Assembly (NCBI GenBank): GCA_049287305.1
Contig: JBAQFO010000013.1
Location: 189 to 64,188, forward strand
DNA length: 64,000 bases
DNA from: Minisyncoccia bacterium
Lineage (GTDB): Bacteria; Patescibacteriota; Minisyncoccia; Phycocordibacterales; UBA9973
Direction: 5' to 3'
Of the stretch, positions 26,904 through 37,381 are shown in pieces (the stretch's first letter is position 1; every line of letters starts with the position of its first letter). The notes below the pieces were generated by a model. That model had not been told where the DNA came from. It searched no databases and saw only the letters and a list, made by a program, of their open reading frames with translations. The position numbers and the translations under genes were made by a program.

Positions 26904-28706
26904 CTATTTTTCACTCGTGCGCATCATCTTCAGGAATACGTCTTGGGGTATGTTTACTTTGCCTCTTTCTTTCATTTTCTTCTTTCCTTTTTTCTGCTTT
27001 TCGCGAAGTTTCATCTTTCGGGTAATGTCACCTCCATACATATGCTGAGTCACATCTTTCTTCATTCCGGACAGAGAGCGGGAAGAAATAATTCGCCCCA
27101 AAGCCTTTCCTTGTATTTTTAGGGTAAACATTTGCCTAGGAAGAAGTTCTGCTAGCTTTACAACCGCCTGTTCGGCCTCTTCCTCAGCTCGTTTCTTTGA
27201 AACCACCCTTGAAAACGCGGGCACAACTTCATCAGCCACCAGCAAATCCAGTCGGGTAACGTTCGCTTCGCGCAAATCGCCTATTTCATAAGAAATGGAA
27301 CCGTAGCCGGAAGAAGCGCTTTTCAGTTCGTCAAAGAAATTACGCATCAGTTCCCTAAGCGGCATCATTACGGAAATAGACGAACGGTTATCTCCAAAGT
27401 TGTCGGTCTCTCCTATCTCACCTTCATGGTCAAACAATAGTTGCATTATACTTCCCACATATTGTATAGGCGTGATTATTTTCAACTTAACCCATGGTTC
27501 AAATACTTTTTCTATGTTTCCATCGTCGGGGAAAAAGTAGGGAGAATAAATTTTTTCCCGCTTGCCGTTTTTCATCAACACCTCATAAGTTATGGAAGGT
27601 GTAGTGATAACAAGTTCCAGATTAAATTCCCGTTTAAGACGCTCAGTGATTATTTCCAAGTGGAGCATTCCGAGAAATCCGCAGCGAAATCCCTTCCCAA
27701 GAGACCCCGAAGCTTCCTCTTCGTAAGAAAAAGCGGAATCTGAAAGTTTTAATTTGCCGAGGGAAAGTTTTAATTCCGCGAAATCATCCGCGTCTTCGGG
27801 AAACACGGAGGCCCATACCACAGGAAGTGGCTGCATGTATCCAGGGAAAGCCGGCAACGGATTTTTGAACATGGTAATTGTGTCTCCGACAGACGCTATG
27901 CCGGGCTTTTTTATGCCAGTGACAATATATCCTGTTTCTCCCCGCTCTAAGGAGTCTTTTGGAGTTTCTTCCGGGGAAAACGTTCCGACTTCAAGCGCCG
28001 AAAACTTTTCTCCCGAAACCGCAAAAAGTAAAGTGTCGCCTTTCGCAACCTTGCCGTCAAGAACTCGCACAAAAACTATCACCCCGCGATGATTGGAATA
28101 TTTGAAATCAAACACCAAGGCTCGTAAAAGATTATCCCCCGGATAAGTCTCCTTGGGTTCCGGGACGCGTCTTATGACCTCCCGCAAGAGACTTTCCACT
28201 CCTTCTCCCGTCCGTCCCGATACGAGTAAAATGTCTTCCGGGAGACAATCCAACAGCTCCACCACCTCTTCTTTTACCTCATCCACCCTGGAAAGCGGAG
28301 AATCAATCTTGGAGAGCACGGGAATGATTTTAAGGCCTCCCTCGCGCGCCAGGGCCAGCGTGGTAAGGGTTTGAGCCTGAACACCCTGTGTAGAGTCAAT
28401 AAGCAAAATGGAGCCTTCTACGGCCTTTAGGGCGCGAGAAACTTCGTAGGAGAAGTCTATGTGCCCCGGAGTATCTATTAGGTTTAGAATAAACGGCTGA
28501 CCCTCAAAATTGTATTCCATGCGGACTGGTTGCATTTTGATTGTAATCCCTCTTTCCCTCTCCAAGTCCATAGAGTCTAGAACCTGATCCCGCATTTTTC
28601 GAGTTTCAATAGTGTGCGTAATTTCAAGCATCCTGTCTGCCAAGGTGCTTTTGCCATGGTCAATGTGCGCGATGATAGAAAAATTCCTGATATGTTTTAA
28701 ATCCAT
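26904..28706 (-). CDS. lepA: elongation factor 4 (translation factor LepA)
   Basis: MDLKHIRNFSIIAHIDHGKSTLADR G-domain start; 600 aa; conserved LepA C-terminal domain. Confidence 0.95.
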   Translation of the reverse strand: MDLKHIRNFSIIAHIDHGKSTLADRMLEITHTIETRKMRDQVLDSMDLERERGITIKMQPVRMEYNFEGQPFILNLIDTPGHIDFSYEVSRALKAVEGSILLIDSTQGVQAQTLTTLALAREGGLKIIPVLSKIDSPLSRVDEVKEEVVELLDCLPEDILLVSGRTGEGVESLLREVIRRVPEPKETYPGDNLLRALVFDFKYSNHRGVIVFVRVLDGKVAKGDTLLFAVSGEKFSALEVGTFSPEETPKDSLERGETGYIVTGIKKPGIASVGDTITMFKNPLPAFPGYMQPLPVVWASVFPEDADDFAELKLSLGKLKLSDSAFSYEEEASGSLGKGFRCGFLGMLHLEIITERLKREFNLELVITTPSITYEVLMKNGKREKIYSPYFFPDDGNIEKVFEPWVKLKIITPIQYVGSIMQLLFDHEGEIGETDNFGDNRSSISVMMPLRELMRNFFDELKSASSGYGSISYEIGDLREANVTRLDLLVADEVVPAFSRVVSKKRAEEEAEQAVVKLAELLPRQMFTLKIQGKALGRIISSRSLSGMKKDVTQHMYGGDITRKMKLREKQKKGKKKMKERGKVNIPQDVFLKMMRTSEK

Positions 28707-28715
28707 AAATAAAAA

Positions 28716-30476
28716 TTACTCCCAAAATCCCCCTGTTTGGTGATTCCAAAGTTCGGCGTAAAAACCATTTTTTTCTAAAAGTTCTTTGTGTGTTCCCTCT
28801 TCAACAATCGCCCCCTTATCAAGCACGATAATTCTGTCCATTTTTTGAATGGTGGAAAGTCTATGCGCGATGACAATCGTAGTTTTGCCTTTCATTAATT
28901 CATTGAAGGCATCCTGAATGTAATGTTCGCTAATGCTGTCCAAAGAGCTCGTGGCTTCATCAAGCATTAATATCGGAGAGTCCTTAAGCATAGCCCGCGC
29001 TATAGCCACTCTTTGTCTTTCTCCGCCGGAGAGCTTCACTCCCCGTTCACCCACCAACGTATCGTATCCATGGGGCAGTTTTTTAATAAATTCGTCCGCA
29101 TGTGCTTTTTTCGCTACTTCTATAATTTCTTCCATGGTGGCAAGAGGCTTGCCGTAAGAAATATTTTCCTTAATGGGGCGATGAAAAAGTATCGGCTCTT
29201 GCGGAACATAGGATACCACGCTCCGCAAATCGTCTTGGGTAATGTTTCTTATATCCTGGCCATCAATTGTAATTACTCCGCCGGTAATGTCGTTAAATCT
29301 CAAAAGAAGTTTTGTAAGCGTGGATTTTCCGGCCCCCGAGTGTCCGACTATGCCTACGCGCTCGCCTGGCTTGATATCAAGGTTAAAGTTATTCATCACC
29401 TCTTCCCCTAGATTGTATTTAAAAAATACATCTTTAAATACTATGCTTCCTTCTTTCACCTTTAAAGGCTCGGGGTTTTTTGGGTCTAATATATCGGGAA
29501 TGATGTCAAATATATCCACCATCTCTTTCATGTCGGCCGCTGATTTCATAAATCTTGTCAGAGAGTTGCTAAATTCCCACAACCTTTCAAATACGATTGC
29601 CATATATGTTTGAATCAGCACCACGGTTCCTGTTGAAATTTGCTCTTTTAGCCAAAAATTAATCATCATATACAATATGATGCTCTGAATGATGAAAAAG
29701 AACGTGCCTTGAATAATTTCAATTTTCGCGCCGAAAAATGCCGCCTTTCTGCCTCTGGCAACTCCTTCATCCGTGTATTTACTGAAGGAAAGAATCTCCT
29801 TATCCCTTGACGAAAAGAATTTTACAGCAGAAATATTACTGAAAACATCAGCAAGGCGTCCGCTTATCCTGGAATCCTGTTCGGCTTCAAGCATGTCGTA
29901 TTTTGTTTTTTTCTTTACAAAAAAAGTTACAACCACGATATTGAGTATAATGGCAGCCATAAAAATTAAACTTATCGTATTTGATTCTTTAAAAAGAACC
30001 AAAAATACACCGACCAAAATGACGAAGAAGGATAAGAAATTATATATAAATATATCAAACATTATGTCGAAGGAATACACAAATCTCCGAGCTTTGGTGA
30101 CCAAACTCCCCGCAAAAGTATTACTAAAAAAAGTGTAGGAATTCCGCTCAATTCTTTGAAACGCAAAATTACGAAGTTCCCGAATCATATTAATCGTAAA
30201 AGTAATATATAAAAATTTAACTCCTCGCGCCAAAAGTATGGCAATAAGATTCAATCCAATAATAATAAATACGAGTTTGAAAATGCCGGATGCGACAAGC
30301 GCGCGCTCGGTACCGGTAAACGAAAGAGTATCTATAATCTTTTTAAAGTAAAAAGGAACCAGAATAGCGCCGAAGGCTACCCGCATGGCATAAAACACCA
30401 AGATGCCATAAAAGGCTCCCTTGTATTTGCGGATTTGAGGCCATATATATCTAAAAAGTTTAGTAACCGAAAACAT
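28716..30476 (-). CDS. ABC transporter, fused permease/ATP-binding exporter (MsbA-like type I)
   Basis: six N-terminal TM helices; Walker A GHSGAGKST, signature LSGGERQR, Walker B ILMLDEATS. Confidence 0.9.
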   Translation of the reverse strand: MFSVTKLFRYIWPQIRKYKGAFYGILVFYAMRVAFGAILVPFYFKKIIDTLSFTGTERALVASGIFKLVFIIIGLNLIAILLARGVKFLYITFTINMIRELRNFAFQRIERNSYTFFSNTFAGSLVTKARRFVYSFDIMFDIFIYNFLSFFVILVGVFLVLFKESNTISLIFMAAIILNIVVVTFFVKKKTKYDMLEAEQDSRISGRLADVFSNISAVKFFSSRDKEILSFSKYTDEGVARGRKAAFFGAKIEIIQGTFFFIIQSIILYMMINFWLKEQISTGTVVLIQTYMAIVFERLWEFSNSLTRFMKSAADMKEMVDIFDIIPDILDPKNPEPLKVKEGSIVFKDVFFKYNLGEEVMNNFNLDIKPGERVGIVGHSGAGKSTLTKLLLRFNDITGGVITIDGQDIRNITQDDLRSVVSYVPQEPILFHRPIKENISYGKPLATMEEIIEVAKKAHADEFIKKLPHGYDTLVGERGVKLSGGERQRVAIARAMLKDSPILMLDEATSSLDSISEHYIQDAFNELMKGKTTIVIAHRLSTIQKMDRIIVLDKGAIVEEGTHKELLEKNGFYAELWNHQTGGFWE

Positions 30477-30525
30477 TATGCCATTCTAGCAGAAAAGACC
30501 CATATTCCAAAGCCCAAAAGATCTT

Positions 30526-32205
30526 TTAGAGCTCTTCCTGAGAAGGAGCGATGACCTTCGCTCGCCAGAATTTGGTATGCAGGGTCTTGAAAAGTTCATT
30601 TAATTCCTTACTCTTCAACAAATAAAGCACAACCGCGGCTGCCATTATCCCGAGAATTCCCGAAATAAATCCCTGAAGAAAAACTCCCCAAAATGTGGTG
30701 GTCCCAAAAACAGGAGAAAGCGCGTTAAGAGACAGGTAACTCACCAATCCCAAGAAAAAGGCTCCTCCCAAGCTCTGGAAAAGCGTCTCGGTGATGAAAG
30801 ATTCTTTTGGCATAAAATCTCTCTTTACAAAAATCCAATGCAAAACAAAATTAAAAATAGTTCCCGTGGAATAAGCCAGCGGAAGCATTAATACTTCCGT
30901 GCCCGGAATATCGCTTACCTTTAACATTGATTCTATGAAATATCTAAAGAAGGTGCTAGCTTGGAAAAGATGAATAAAGACGTAGGCGAGAATGATTATT
31001 AAAACCGAAGATATTAAATTAACTACCAGCGGACGCTTTGTGTTTCCCGCAGCATAATATGCGCGAGAAAGAAGCGTGGTCATCCCCTGCGCAACTATGG
31101 AAATCGAAAAAATAGCCAGGCAGGCTGCCACCAGTCGGGTGTTCTCCCAAGAAAAAGAACCGGAACCCAATATTACACGGACGATTTGGGCTCGCAACAC
31201 GACAAAAAGAACTATAACCGGCAGAGACCAAAAAACAATCGCTCTTGCGGTTTCTTTTAAATATTTAATAAATTCATCTTTCTTCCCCGCCCCGAAAGAT
31301 TTGGACAAAGTAGGGAAAGCCGCCACCGCAAAAGAAACTCCGATAATATTAAGAGGAACAGACTGAAGGTTGAAGGAGAAATTAAAAACCGAAATGGAAC
31401 CACTTTGCAAGAAAGAGGCAAAAGCAATTATACAAATAAGAGCAATGTTGTTGAAAGCTAGCCCAAGGGTTCTCGGAAGCGAAGCCAAGGCCGTATTCTT
31501 TATGTCTTTGAAATTAATTGAAAAAGAAATCCGAGGAGTAAAACCGGAACTGCCGGCGGCCAAAACCTGCACGCAAAAATGCAAAAAAGCTCCCAGTGCT
31601 ACCCCCAGAGCCATTCCATAAATGCCGAATACCGGATAAAAAAATACCACCCCGACTATAATTCCGATGTTATACAATATCGGACTGAGAGAATAAATAA
31701 AGAACTTTCGAAAAAGCTGAGTCACGGTTCCAAAAAGATTGGAAAGACCCATCAATATCGGAGATAGCAACATTATCCGGGACAGAAGAATTACTTTCTC
31801 CTGAAACAAAGGCGTAAACCCGGGGGCGATAAAAAATACCAGATGTGGCATCAAGAAAAAAGCGAACAAAGACACCAGAATCATCAAGGAGAAGAATACG
31901 GTAAAAATATCGTTGAGAAACTTGCGGGCTTCTTCGGTTACCACGTCCCCGCTCATCTTTGAAACCAGAAAAGGAATAATAACCGTTATGGAAGCCAAAG
32001 ACGCCACGCAAATAAATATGAGGTCCGGCACCCGAAAAGCCGCATAGTATGCGTCCAAAGAAGACGAAGGACCTACAAAGTGGGCAATAGAACGGTCGCG
32101 GAAAAGCGCCAGAATTTGCGACAGAAAAGTTAGGCTTCCCAAGAGAAGAGCTGCTTGATTTATGCTCCCGGATTCTTTAGTAAAAATTCTTAAAATCTTC
32201 TCCAT
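30526..32205 (-). CDS. murJ: lipid II flippase MurJ (MviN family)
   Basis: 559-aa polytopic membrane protein; N-terminal LLGSLTFLSQILALFRDRSIAHFVG...LDAYYAAFRVPDL pattern typical of MurJ. Confidence 0.8.
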   Translation of the reverse strand: MEKILRIFTKESGSINQAALLLGSLTFLSQILALFRDRSIAHFVGPSSSLDAYYAAFRVPDLIFICVASLASITVIIPFLVSKMSGDVVTEEARKFLNDIFTVFFSLMILVSLFAFFLMPHLVFFIAPGFTPLFQEKVILLSRIMLLSPILMGLSNLFGTVTQLFRKFFIYSLSPILYNIGIIVGVVFFYPVFGIYGMALGVALGAFLHFCVQVLAAGSSGFTPRISFSINFKDIKNTALASLPRTLGLAFNNIALICIIAFASFLQSGSISVFNFSFNLQSVPLNIIGVSFAVAAFPTLSKSFGAGKKDEFIKYLKETARAIVFWSLPVIVLFVVLRAQIVRVILGSGSFSWENTRLVAACLAIFSISIVAQGMTTLLSRAYYAAGNTKRPLVVNLISSVLIIILAYVFIHLFQASTFFRYFIESMLKVSDIPGTEVLMLPLAYSTGTIFNFVLHWIFVKRDFMPKESFITETLFQSLGGAFFLGLVSYLSLNALSPVFGTTTFWGVFLQGFISGILGIMAAAVVLYLLKSKELNELFKTLHTKFWRAKVIAPSQEEL

Positions 32206-32215
32206 CCTTTATGCC

Positions 32216-34288
32216 TTAGTCGTTAGATTCACTGTTTGAAGCTGGAGGAGTGGACGAGTTCGTATTTTTTAAAGAATTTACGTATTGGATCAATTCTTGA
32301 TTGGATGGAGCTAGAGACAATGCTTGCTCTGCATAAGAGATAGCCTCTTTGTTATTCCCCTCTCTTCTAGATATTTGAGAAAGAAGAATCAAGGCATCAA
32401 TATAATTCGGCTTTAACTCAAGAGCAGAATTTGCATAACTTTTTGCTTCGGTTAATTTACCATCCGAAAGCGAAGCGTCCGCCATGGCAAGCTTCAACCC
32501 GGGATTAAGAGGATTCAGCTTTGCAGCTCCCTGGTAAGCTTCTACCGCTTTAACGTAGGCATCTTTTACTCCCAGCACCCCGACGGTGTGATATACCGAA
32601 CCAAGCAATTGATAGTTTAAATAACTGGAAGGATTATAATTTACCGCCAACTGGGCGCTGCTTATAGCCTGGTCGAAGCTTGTTTGCAAGTCTGCTTTTT
32701 CTTCTTCAGTTATGGCAGAGCCTTTGCCGGCCAAAGATTTTAAATTAATAAGATATATTTGTGAATAGGTTCGCAGATATAAATCATTGGTGTAGAGGGA
32801 TAAGGCTTTGCTTATTGAGCTTTGAGCCAAAGGAACAGTTGTAGATGAAAGCGCTTTACCAAAATACGAAACCGAAGAAAAACGTTCTACGAATTTGAAA
32901 GTAGTAGCAACTGAAAAAATCATCATCAGGATAAGGGCTAAAATGGAGAAGAAGCTCCTGCGGTGGTCATTTAAGAATGGAATAGATAATTCTTTCTTGC
33001 GGCTGGAAGCAGAGAGTCCAATAAACACTCCGGTAAAGGCTAGGGCAAGCAAAAATATCACCGAACCGGCGGCGTATAAGAACATAGAGATGAAAAGGTA
33101 AAGGGAGAGCACAAAAAAAGCCATTACCTCCCACCCCACTCCCTCCTTTACACCTGAAAATGCGGATTTAACCCCGGTGGATATAAACAAAATCAGAAAT
33201 ATAATCCACGCAAGGATACCAAAACCCCCCGACGTGGCAGTAAGAGTGGGAATCAATCCGGAACCCGAATCAAAAGCAATATCCCAAAATTGAGTGTTGT
33301 TTATAGAAACCGGCTTATACATTGACCAAGCCTCTCCGAACCTGTTAGGACCTAAGCCAAAAATGGGGTCTTGAACCAATACATTTTTAGTAGTAGCCAT
33401 TGTCGCCGTAAAAGAAGGCCTGATTTCCGCATTTATGATCTGAAAATAATTGGGAATAATGTTCCCTATAAACTGCCCAGAAATAAAGAAAAGAAGAGAC
33501 ACCATTACTACAATAAAAGAAGTTGCCGGGAATTCTTTTTTCTCGTCACTTTCTCCCCTATTGAGGAAAGAAGTGGAGGCTTTGTAAACAAAAATAATTA
33601 AAGCCGAAACTCCGACAAGAATCCATACGAGAGGAAAGTTTACCGTAGCGGCTACTAAAACAGCGAGCAATAGGAATACTTGCAATAAAATTTTTCCAAT
33701 TTTACTCACTGGAAAAAACTCAACCTGCAAAAGAAACAACAAGATTGCGAATCCGGCAAAAAGACCGAGCGCGTTCCAGGAACCCAGGATATTCCCGGTT
33801 TTATCCGACAATATCCCGAGAGACAAAGCTTCAGGGAAAAATAAGTGAACGCTTTGGAAAACCAAGACCGCAACCGAAGAAAGTATTATCCCCAAGAGAA
33901 CTATTTTGGCTTGTCGGGGAGTTCTGAAAATCATGGCAGACATAAGCATTAGAATAAATCCTCCGAAGACGAACCAGAAGCTACCTATGTCAAACATGGT
34001 TCCGAAAAGAGATATTTGGGAATTTTGCGACAAAAGCGCAGAAAGCAGAAATGCCAAAGAAATTCCAAACCCGGAAACCAAAAGCCATGATTTGGGTAAG
34101 ATTATCTTTCCGTCAAAAAATCTGGCTATCGCCCAGAAAACTATTGTTAACGCAAGACCTAAAACCAAAAGTAGCCCTTTGGAAGTCTCCACGGGTATTT
34201 TTGTAAAAGGTAAACAAAACAAAGGAAGCAACACTAGCACTAGAAATAATGATAAAAAAGAAAGCCTATCAAAAATATTTGAACTCAT
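32216..34288 (-). CDS. O-antigen ligase-like (Wzy_C-type) polytopic membrane protein with C-terminal TPR repeats
   Basis: many TM helices; C-terminal TPR-like repeats (AYQGAAKLNP..., ALELKPNYIDALILLSQI..., AEQALSLAPSN). Confidence 0.5.
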   Translation of the reverse strand: MSSNIFDRLSFLSLFLVLVLLPLFCLPFTKIPVETSKGLLLVLGLALTIVFWAIARFFDGKIILPKSWLLVSGFGISLAFLLSALLSQNSQISLFGTMFDIGSFWFVFGGFILMLMSAMIFRTPRQAKIVLLGIILSSVAVLVFQSVHLFFPEALSLGILSDKTGNILGSWNALGLFAGFAILLFLLQVEFFPVSKIGKILLQVFLLLAVLVAATVNFPLVWILVGVSALIIFVYKASTSFLNRGESDEKKEFPATSFIVVMVSLLFFISGQFIGNIIPNYFQIINAEIRPSFTATMATTKNVLVQDPIFGLGPNRFGEAWSMYKPVSINNTQFWDIAFDSGSGLIPTLTATSGGFGILAWIIFLILFISTGVKSAFSGVKEGVGWEVMAFFVLSLYLFISMFLYAAGSVIFLLALAFTGVFIGLSASSRKKELSIPFLNDHRRSFFSILALILMMIFSVATTFKFVERFSSVSYFGKALSSTTVPLAQSSISKALSLYTNDLYLRTYSQIYLINLKSLAGKGSAITEEEKADLQTSFDQAISSAQLAVNYNPSSYLNYQLLGSVYHTVGVLGVKDAYVKAVEAYQGAAKLNPLNPGLKLAMADASLSDGKLTEAKSYANSALELKPNYIDALILLSQISRREGNNKEAISYAEQALSLAPSNQELIQYVNSLKNTNSSTPPASNSESND

Positions 34289-34334
34289 GGTTAATATTAT
34301 ACTCTATATTAACAAACAAACGCAATAAATAGCC

Positions 34335-37307
34335 TTATAGAACTATGTTGATAAGTCTGTTTTTCACGTAAATCACCTTTTTGACGGCAGAATTTTTTAC
34401 AAAGCGAATGATGGCCTCATCGCTCAAGGCTTGTTTCTTCACATTTTCTTCGGAATCATTTGCGTCTATTGTAATTTCCGCTCTCAATTTTCCATTTACT
34501 TGAATAACTACTTTAACTTGCTCATCTTGAATATAGGCTTTGTCCCACTTGGGCCAGCTGGAAGAATTTATGGACTTTTTCTCTCCCAACACGCTCCACA
34601 ACTCTTCGGCTATGTGGGGAGCAAACGGAGAAAGGATTTGCAGAAATTTTTTAAAGTCATCTTTGGTAATTTCATTTTTTTCCATTTCGTTGACCAACAC
34701 CATCATAGATGAAATTGCAGTATTAAAACGCATTTCTTCTATGTCTTCAGAAACTTTTTTGATGGTTTTATGAAGAAGCTTCTCGAGCGTAGTGGAAAAC
34801 AATTTCTCCGTCGCGTAAGTCCCACCCGGTATTCCGGGAAGGGTCAAGCGCGGAGAAATTATTTTTCGCGTAGCTGATATTTTTACGCCAATCTTCCAAA
34901 CTCTTTCCAGAAATCTTCGGGGTCCCACCATACTGTCGGTATTCCAAGAAACCGACTGGTCAAAAGGACCCATGAACATTTCATACATTCTGAGCGTATC
35001 TGCGCCAAAAGTTTTTATTAAATCATCGGGATTCACCGTATTGCCTTTGGATTTGGACATTTTTTCTCCGGCCTCGGCTAGTATCATTCCGTGGGAAGTT
35101 CGTTTCATGTACGGCTCGCTGGTAGGAACCAATTTCAAATCATATAAAAATTTATGCCAAAAACGCGAATACAACAAGTGAAGAGTCGTATGTTCCATTC
35201 CCCCGTTATACCAATCCACGCCGTTTTTCATGAAATATCCTAAATTTTTCTTAGAAGCAAATTCTTTGTTATTTTTCGGGTCGGTGTAGCGCAAGAAATA
35301 CCAAGAACTCCCCGCCCAGTTGGGCATTGTGTCAGTTTCTCTTTTGGCCGGACCTTTGCATTTTGGACATCGAACATTTACCCAGGATTTAATATCCGCT
35401 AGTGGGCTCTCTCCATTGTCGGTCGGTTTATATTTTGCGACCTTCGGCAAAATCACAGGCAAATCTTTGTCCGGCACGGGCACAAATCCGCACCCGCCTC
35501 GCGTCGACGAACCTCCGCGAGTCGAGGCGGGTTTATCGCAGAAAATGAGCGGTATAGGCTCGCCCCAATATCTTTGACGAGAGAAGACCCAATCACGCAG
35601 CTTGAAGGTTGTTTTTTCTTTTCCTCCAACAAACTTTATTATTTCTTTTTTTGATTCTTCTGAATCTAACCCATTAAATTTTCCAGAGTTTATTAAAATA
35701 CCGCCCGCCCCATAAGCAAATCCTGTGGCTTGATAATATTCCCAAGCCATTTTATCATCAGGGATGGTCAAAGTATCTAAAACCTTGCTCTGTGCAATCC
35801 ATTTCATTTCATGAGAACTTTTAGAAAAAAACTCGTCTTCTGTTATATCCACTTTTTCTTCCCCCATCAAGTCAAAAACTAAAGTTTGCACATTAACAAC
35901 TCTATTTACATTCTTATGGGCCGCAAAAAACCGAGCTTGAATTTTAAAAGGAATTTGTTCAACAAACTTAATATTTATATATCCCGTCTCCTCCTTTACT
36001 TCACGAATCGCGGCATCTATTTCTCTTTCCCCTTCTTCTATTCCACCGATTATAAAATTTACAGGTTTAGCTCCCTTCCATTCTTCACCTTTTAGAAACA
36101 TCAAAAGCACTGTCTCATTTTTTGGGTTTCGTAATATGACATGCACAACATTTCTTTTAGTATTTTCTTTGCCTTCCTGAGGAGGATTTTTACCATCAAG
36201 ATTATTTGGCATAACAACCTGCCTAATTGGCAAATTATATTTTTTGGCAAATTCAAAATCCCGCTCATCGTGTGCAGGCACAGCCATAATCGCTCCAGTT
36301 CCGTAATGGGGCAATACGTAATCGGCAATCCATACCGAAATTTCCTCTTTGTTGCCTGGATTTATGGCTTTTATTCCTTTGAGTTCTACCCCTGTTTTTA
36401 TTTTATCTTCTGAAGTTCTTTCAATTTCAGTGGTTTTCTTAACCTTGGTTAAATAGTTTTTGACCTCCTCCCAATTTTTTATTTGAGATTGCAATTTCTG
36501 CACCAACCCATGTTCCGGCGCAAGTACCAAGTATGTTGCCCCGAAAATCGTGTCAGGACGAGTAGTGAAAACCTTAACCTCTTCGGAAGCCACAGAAGAA
36601 ACAATTTTAAAATCTATTTCTGCCCCTTCCGACTTCCCTATCCAGTTCCTCTGTTGAATTTTAATTTTAGGAAGATAGTCAACGGTGTCCAAATCTTTGT
36701 CCAGACGTTCAGCATATTTGGTAATGGCAAGCATCCATTGTTCTTTTTCGCGCTTTTCCGTGACTCCTCCACAGCGTTCACACATACCTCCCACCACTTC
36801 CTCGTTGGCTAGTCCAATTTTACATGAAGGACACCAGTTTATTTCTGTCTTCGTCTTGTAAGCCAAATCTTTTTTAAAAAATTGCAAAAATATCCACTGC
36901 GTCCATTTGTAATATTTCGGGTCGGTGGTATTCACTTCTCGGGACCAATCAAAAGAAAAACCGAGCGATTTAAGTTGTCGCCTGAAAGTATTGGTATTGT
37001 CTTTGGTAACTTTTATGGGATGTATACCTGACTTAATTGCATAGTTCTCCGTGGGCAGGCCGAAGGCATCCCAGCCGATGGGGTAAAGCACATTAAACCC
37101 TTCCATGCGACGCTTCCTGGATATAATATCCATAGCGGTATTGGAACGAATATGCCCCACATGAAGTCCCGCCCCCGAAGGATACGGAAATTCAATCAGA
37201 CTGTAATATTTAGGTTTTTTAGATTTACTCGGAGCATTGAACGTCCCTTTTTTCTGCCAAAAAGTTTGCCATTTCTTTTCAATTTTCTTATGGTCGTATT
37301 CCTTCAT
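34335..37307 (-). CDS. leuS: leucine--tRNA ligase (LeuRS), with an apparent Nudix-fold insertion in the CP1 region
   Basis: FPYPSGAGLHVGH (HIGH), KMSKSKGN, editing-domain signatures TTRPDTIFGATYLVLAPEH and VPAHDERDFEFAKKY; 990 aa. Confidence 0.9.
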   Translation of the reverse strand: MKEYDHKKIEKKWQTFWQKKGTFNAPSKSKKPKYYSLIEFPYPSGAGLHVGHIRSNTAMDIISRKRRMEGFNVLYPIGWDAFGLPTENYAIKSGIHPIKVTKDNTNTFRRQLKSLGFSFDWSREVNTTDPKYYKWTQWIFLQFFKKDLAYKTKTEINWCPSCKIGLANEEVVGGMCERCGGVTEKREKEQWMLAITKYAERLDKDLDTVDYLPKIKIQQRNWIGKSEGAEIDFKIVSSVASEEVKVFTTRPDTIFGATYLVLAPEHGLVQKLQSQIKNWEEVKNYLTKVKKTTEIERTSEDKIKTGVELKGIKAINPGNKEEISVWIADYVLPHYGTGAIMAVPAHDERDFEFAKKYNLPIRQVVMPNNLDGKNPPQEGKENTKRNVVHVILRNPKNETVLLMFLKGEEWKGAKPVNFIIGGIEEGEREIDAAIREVKEETGYINIKFVEQIPFKIQARFFAAHKNVNRVVNVQTLVFDLMGEEKVDITEDEFFSKSSHEMKWIAQSKVLDTLTIPDDKMAWEYYQATGFAYGAGGILINSGKFNGLDSEESKKEIIKFVGGKEKTTFKLRDWVFSRQRYWGEPIPLIFCDKPASTRGGSSTRGGCGFVPVPDKDLPVILPKVAKYKPTDNGESPLADIKSWVNVRCPKCKGPAKRETDTMPNWAGSSWYFLRYTDPKNNKEFASKKNLGYFMKNGVDWYNGGMEHTTLHLLYSRFWHKFLYDLKLVPTSEPYMKRTSHGMILAEAGEKMSKSKGNTVNPDDLIKTFGADTLRMYEMFMGPFDQSVSWNTDSMVGPRRFLERVWKIGVKISATRKIISPRLTLPGIPGGTYATEKLFSTTLEKLLHKTIKKVSEDIEEMRFNTAISSMMVLVNEMEKNEITKDDFKKFLQILSPFAPHIAEELWSVLGEKKSINSSSWPKWDKAYIQDEQVKVVIQVNGKLRAEITIDANDSEENVKKQALSDEAIIRFVKNSAVKKVIYVKNRLINIVL

Positions 37308-37324
37308 ATCACTACATAATAAAC

Positions 37325-37362
37325 AAAAAACCGCCTTAAAGCAAAGCGGATTTTTGTTTATG
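37325..37362 (-). terminator. putative rho-independent terminator after the 37382-38434 gene
   Basis: AAAAACCGCC...GGCGGATTTTT-type imperfect hairpin with flanking A/T runs; could act in both directions. Confidence 0.35.
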
Positions 37363-37381
37363 TGCGAGTCGTCTAGGATGT

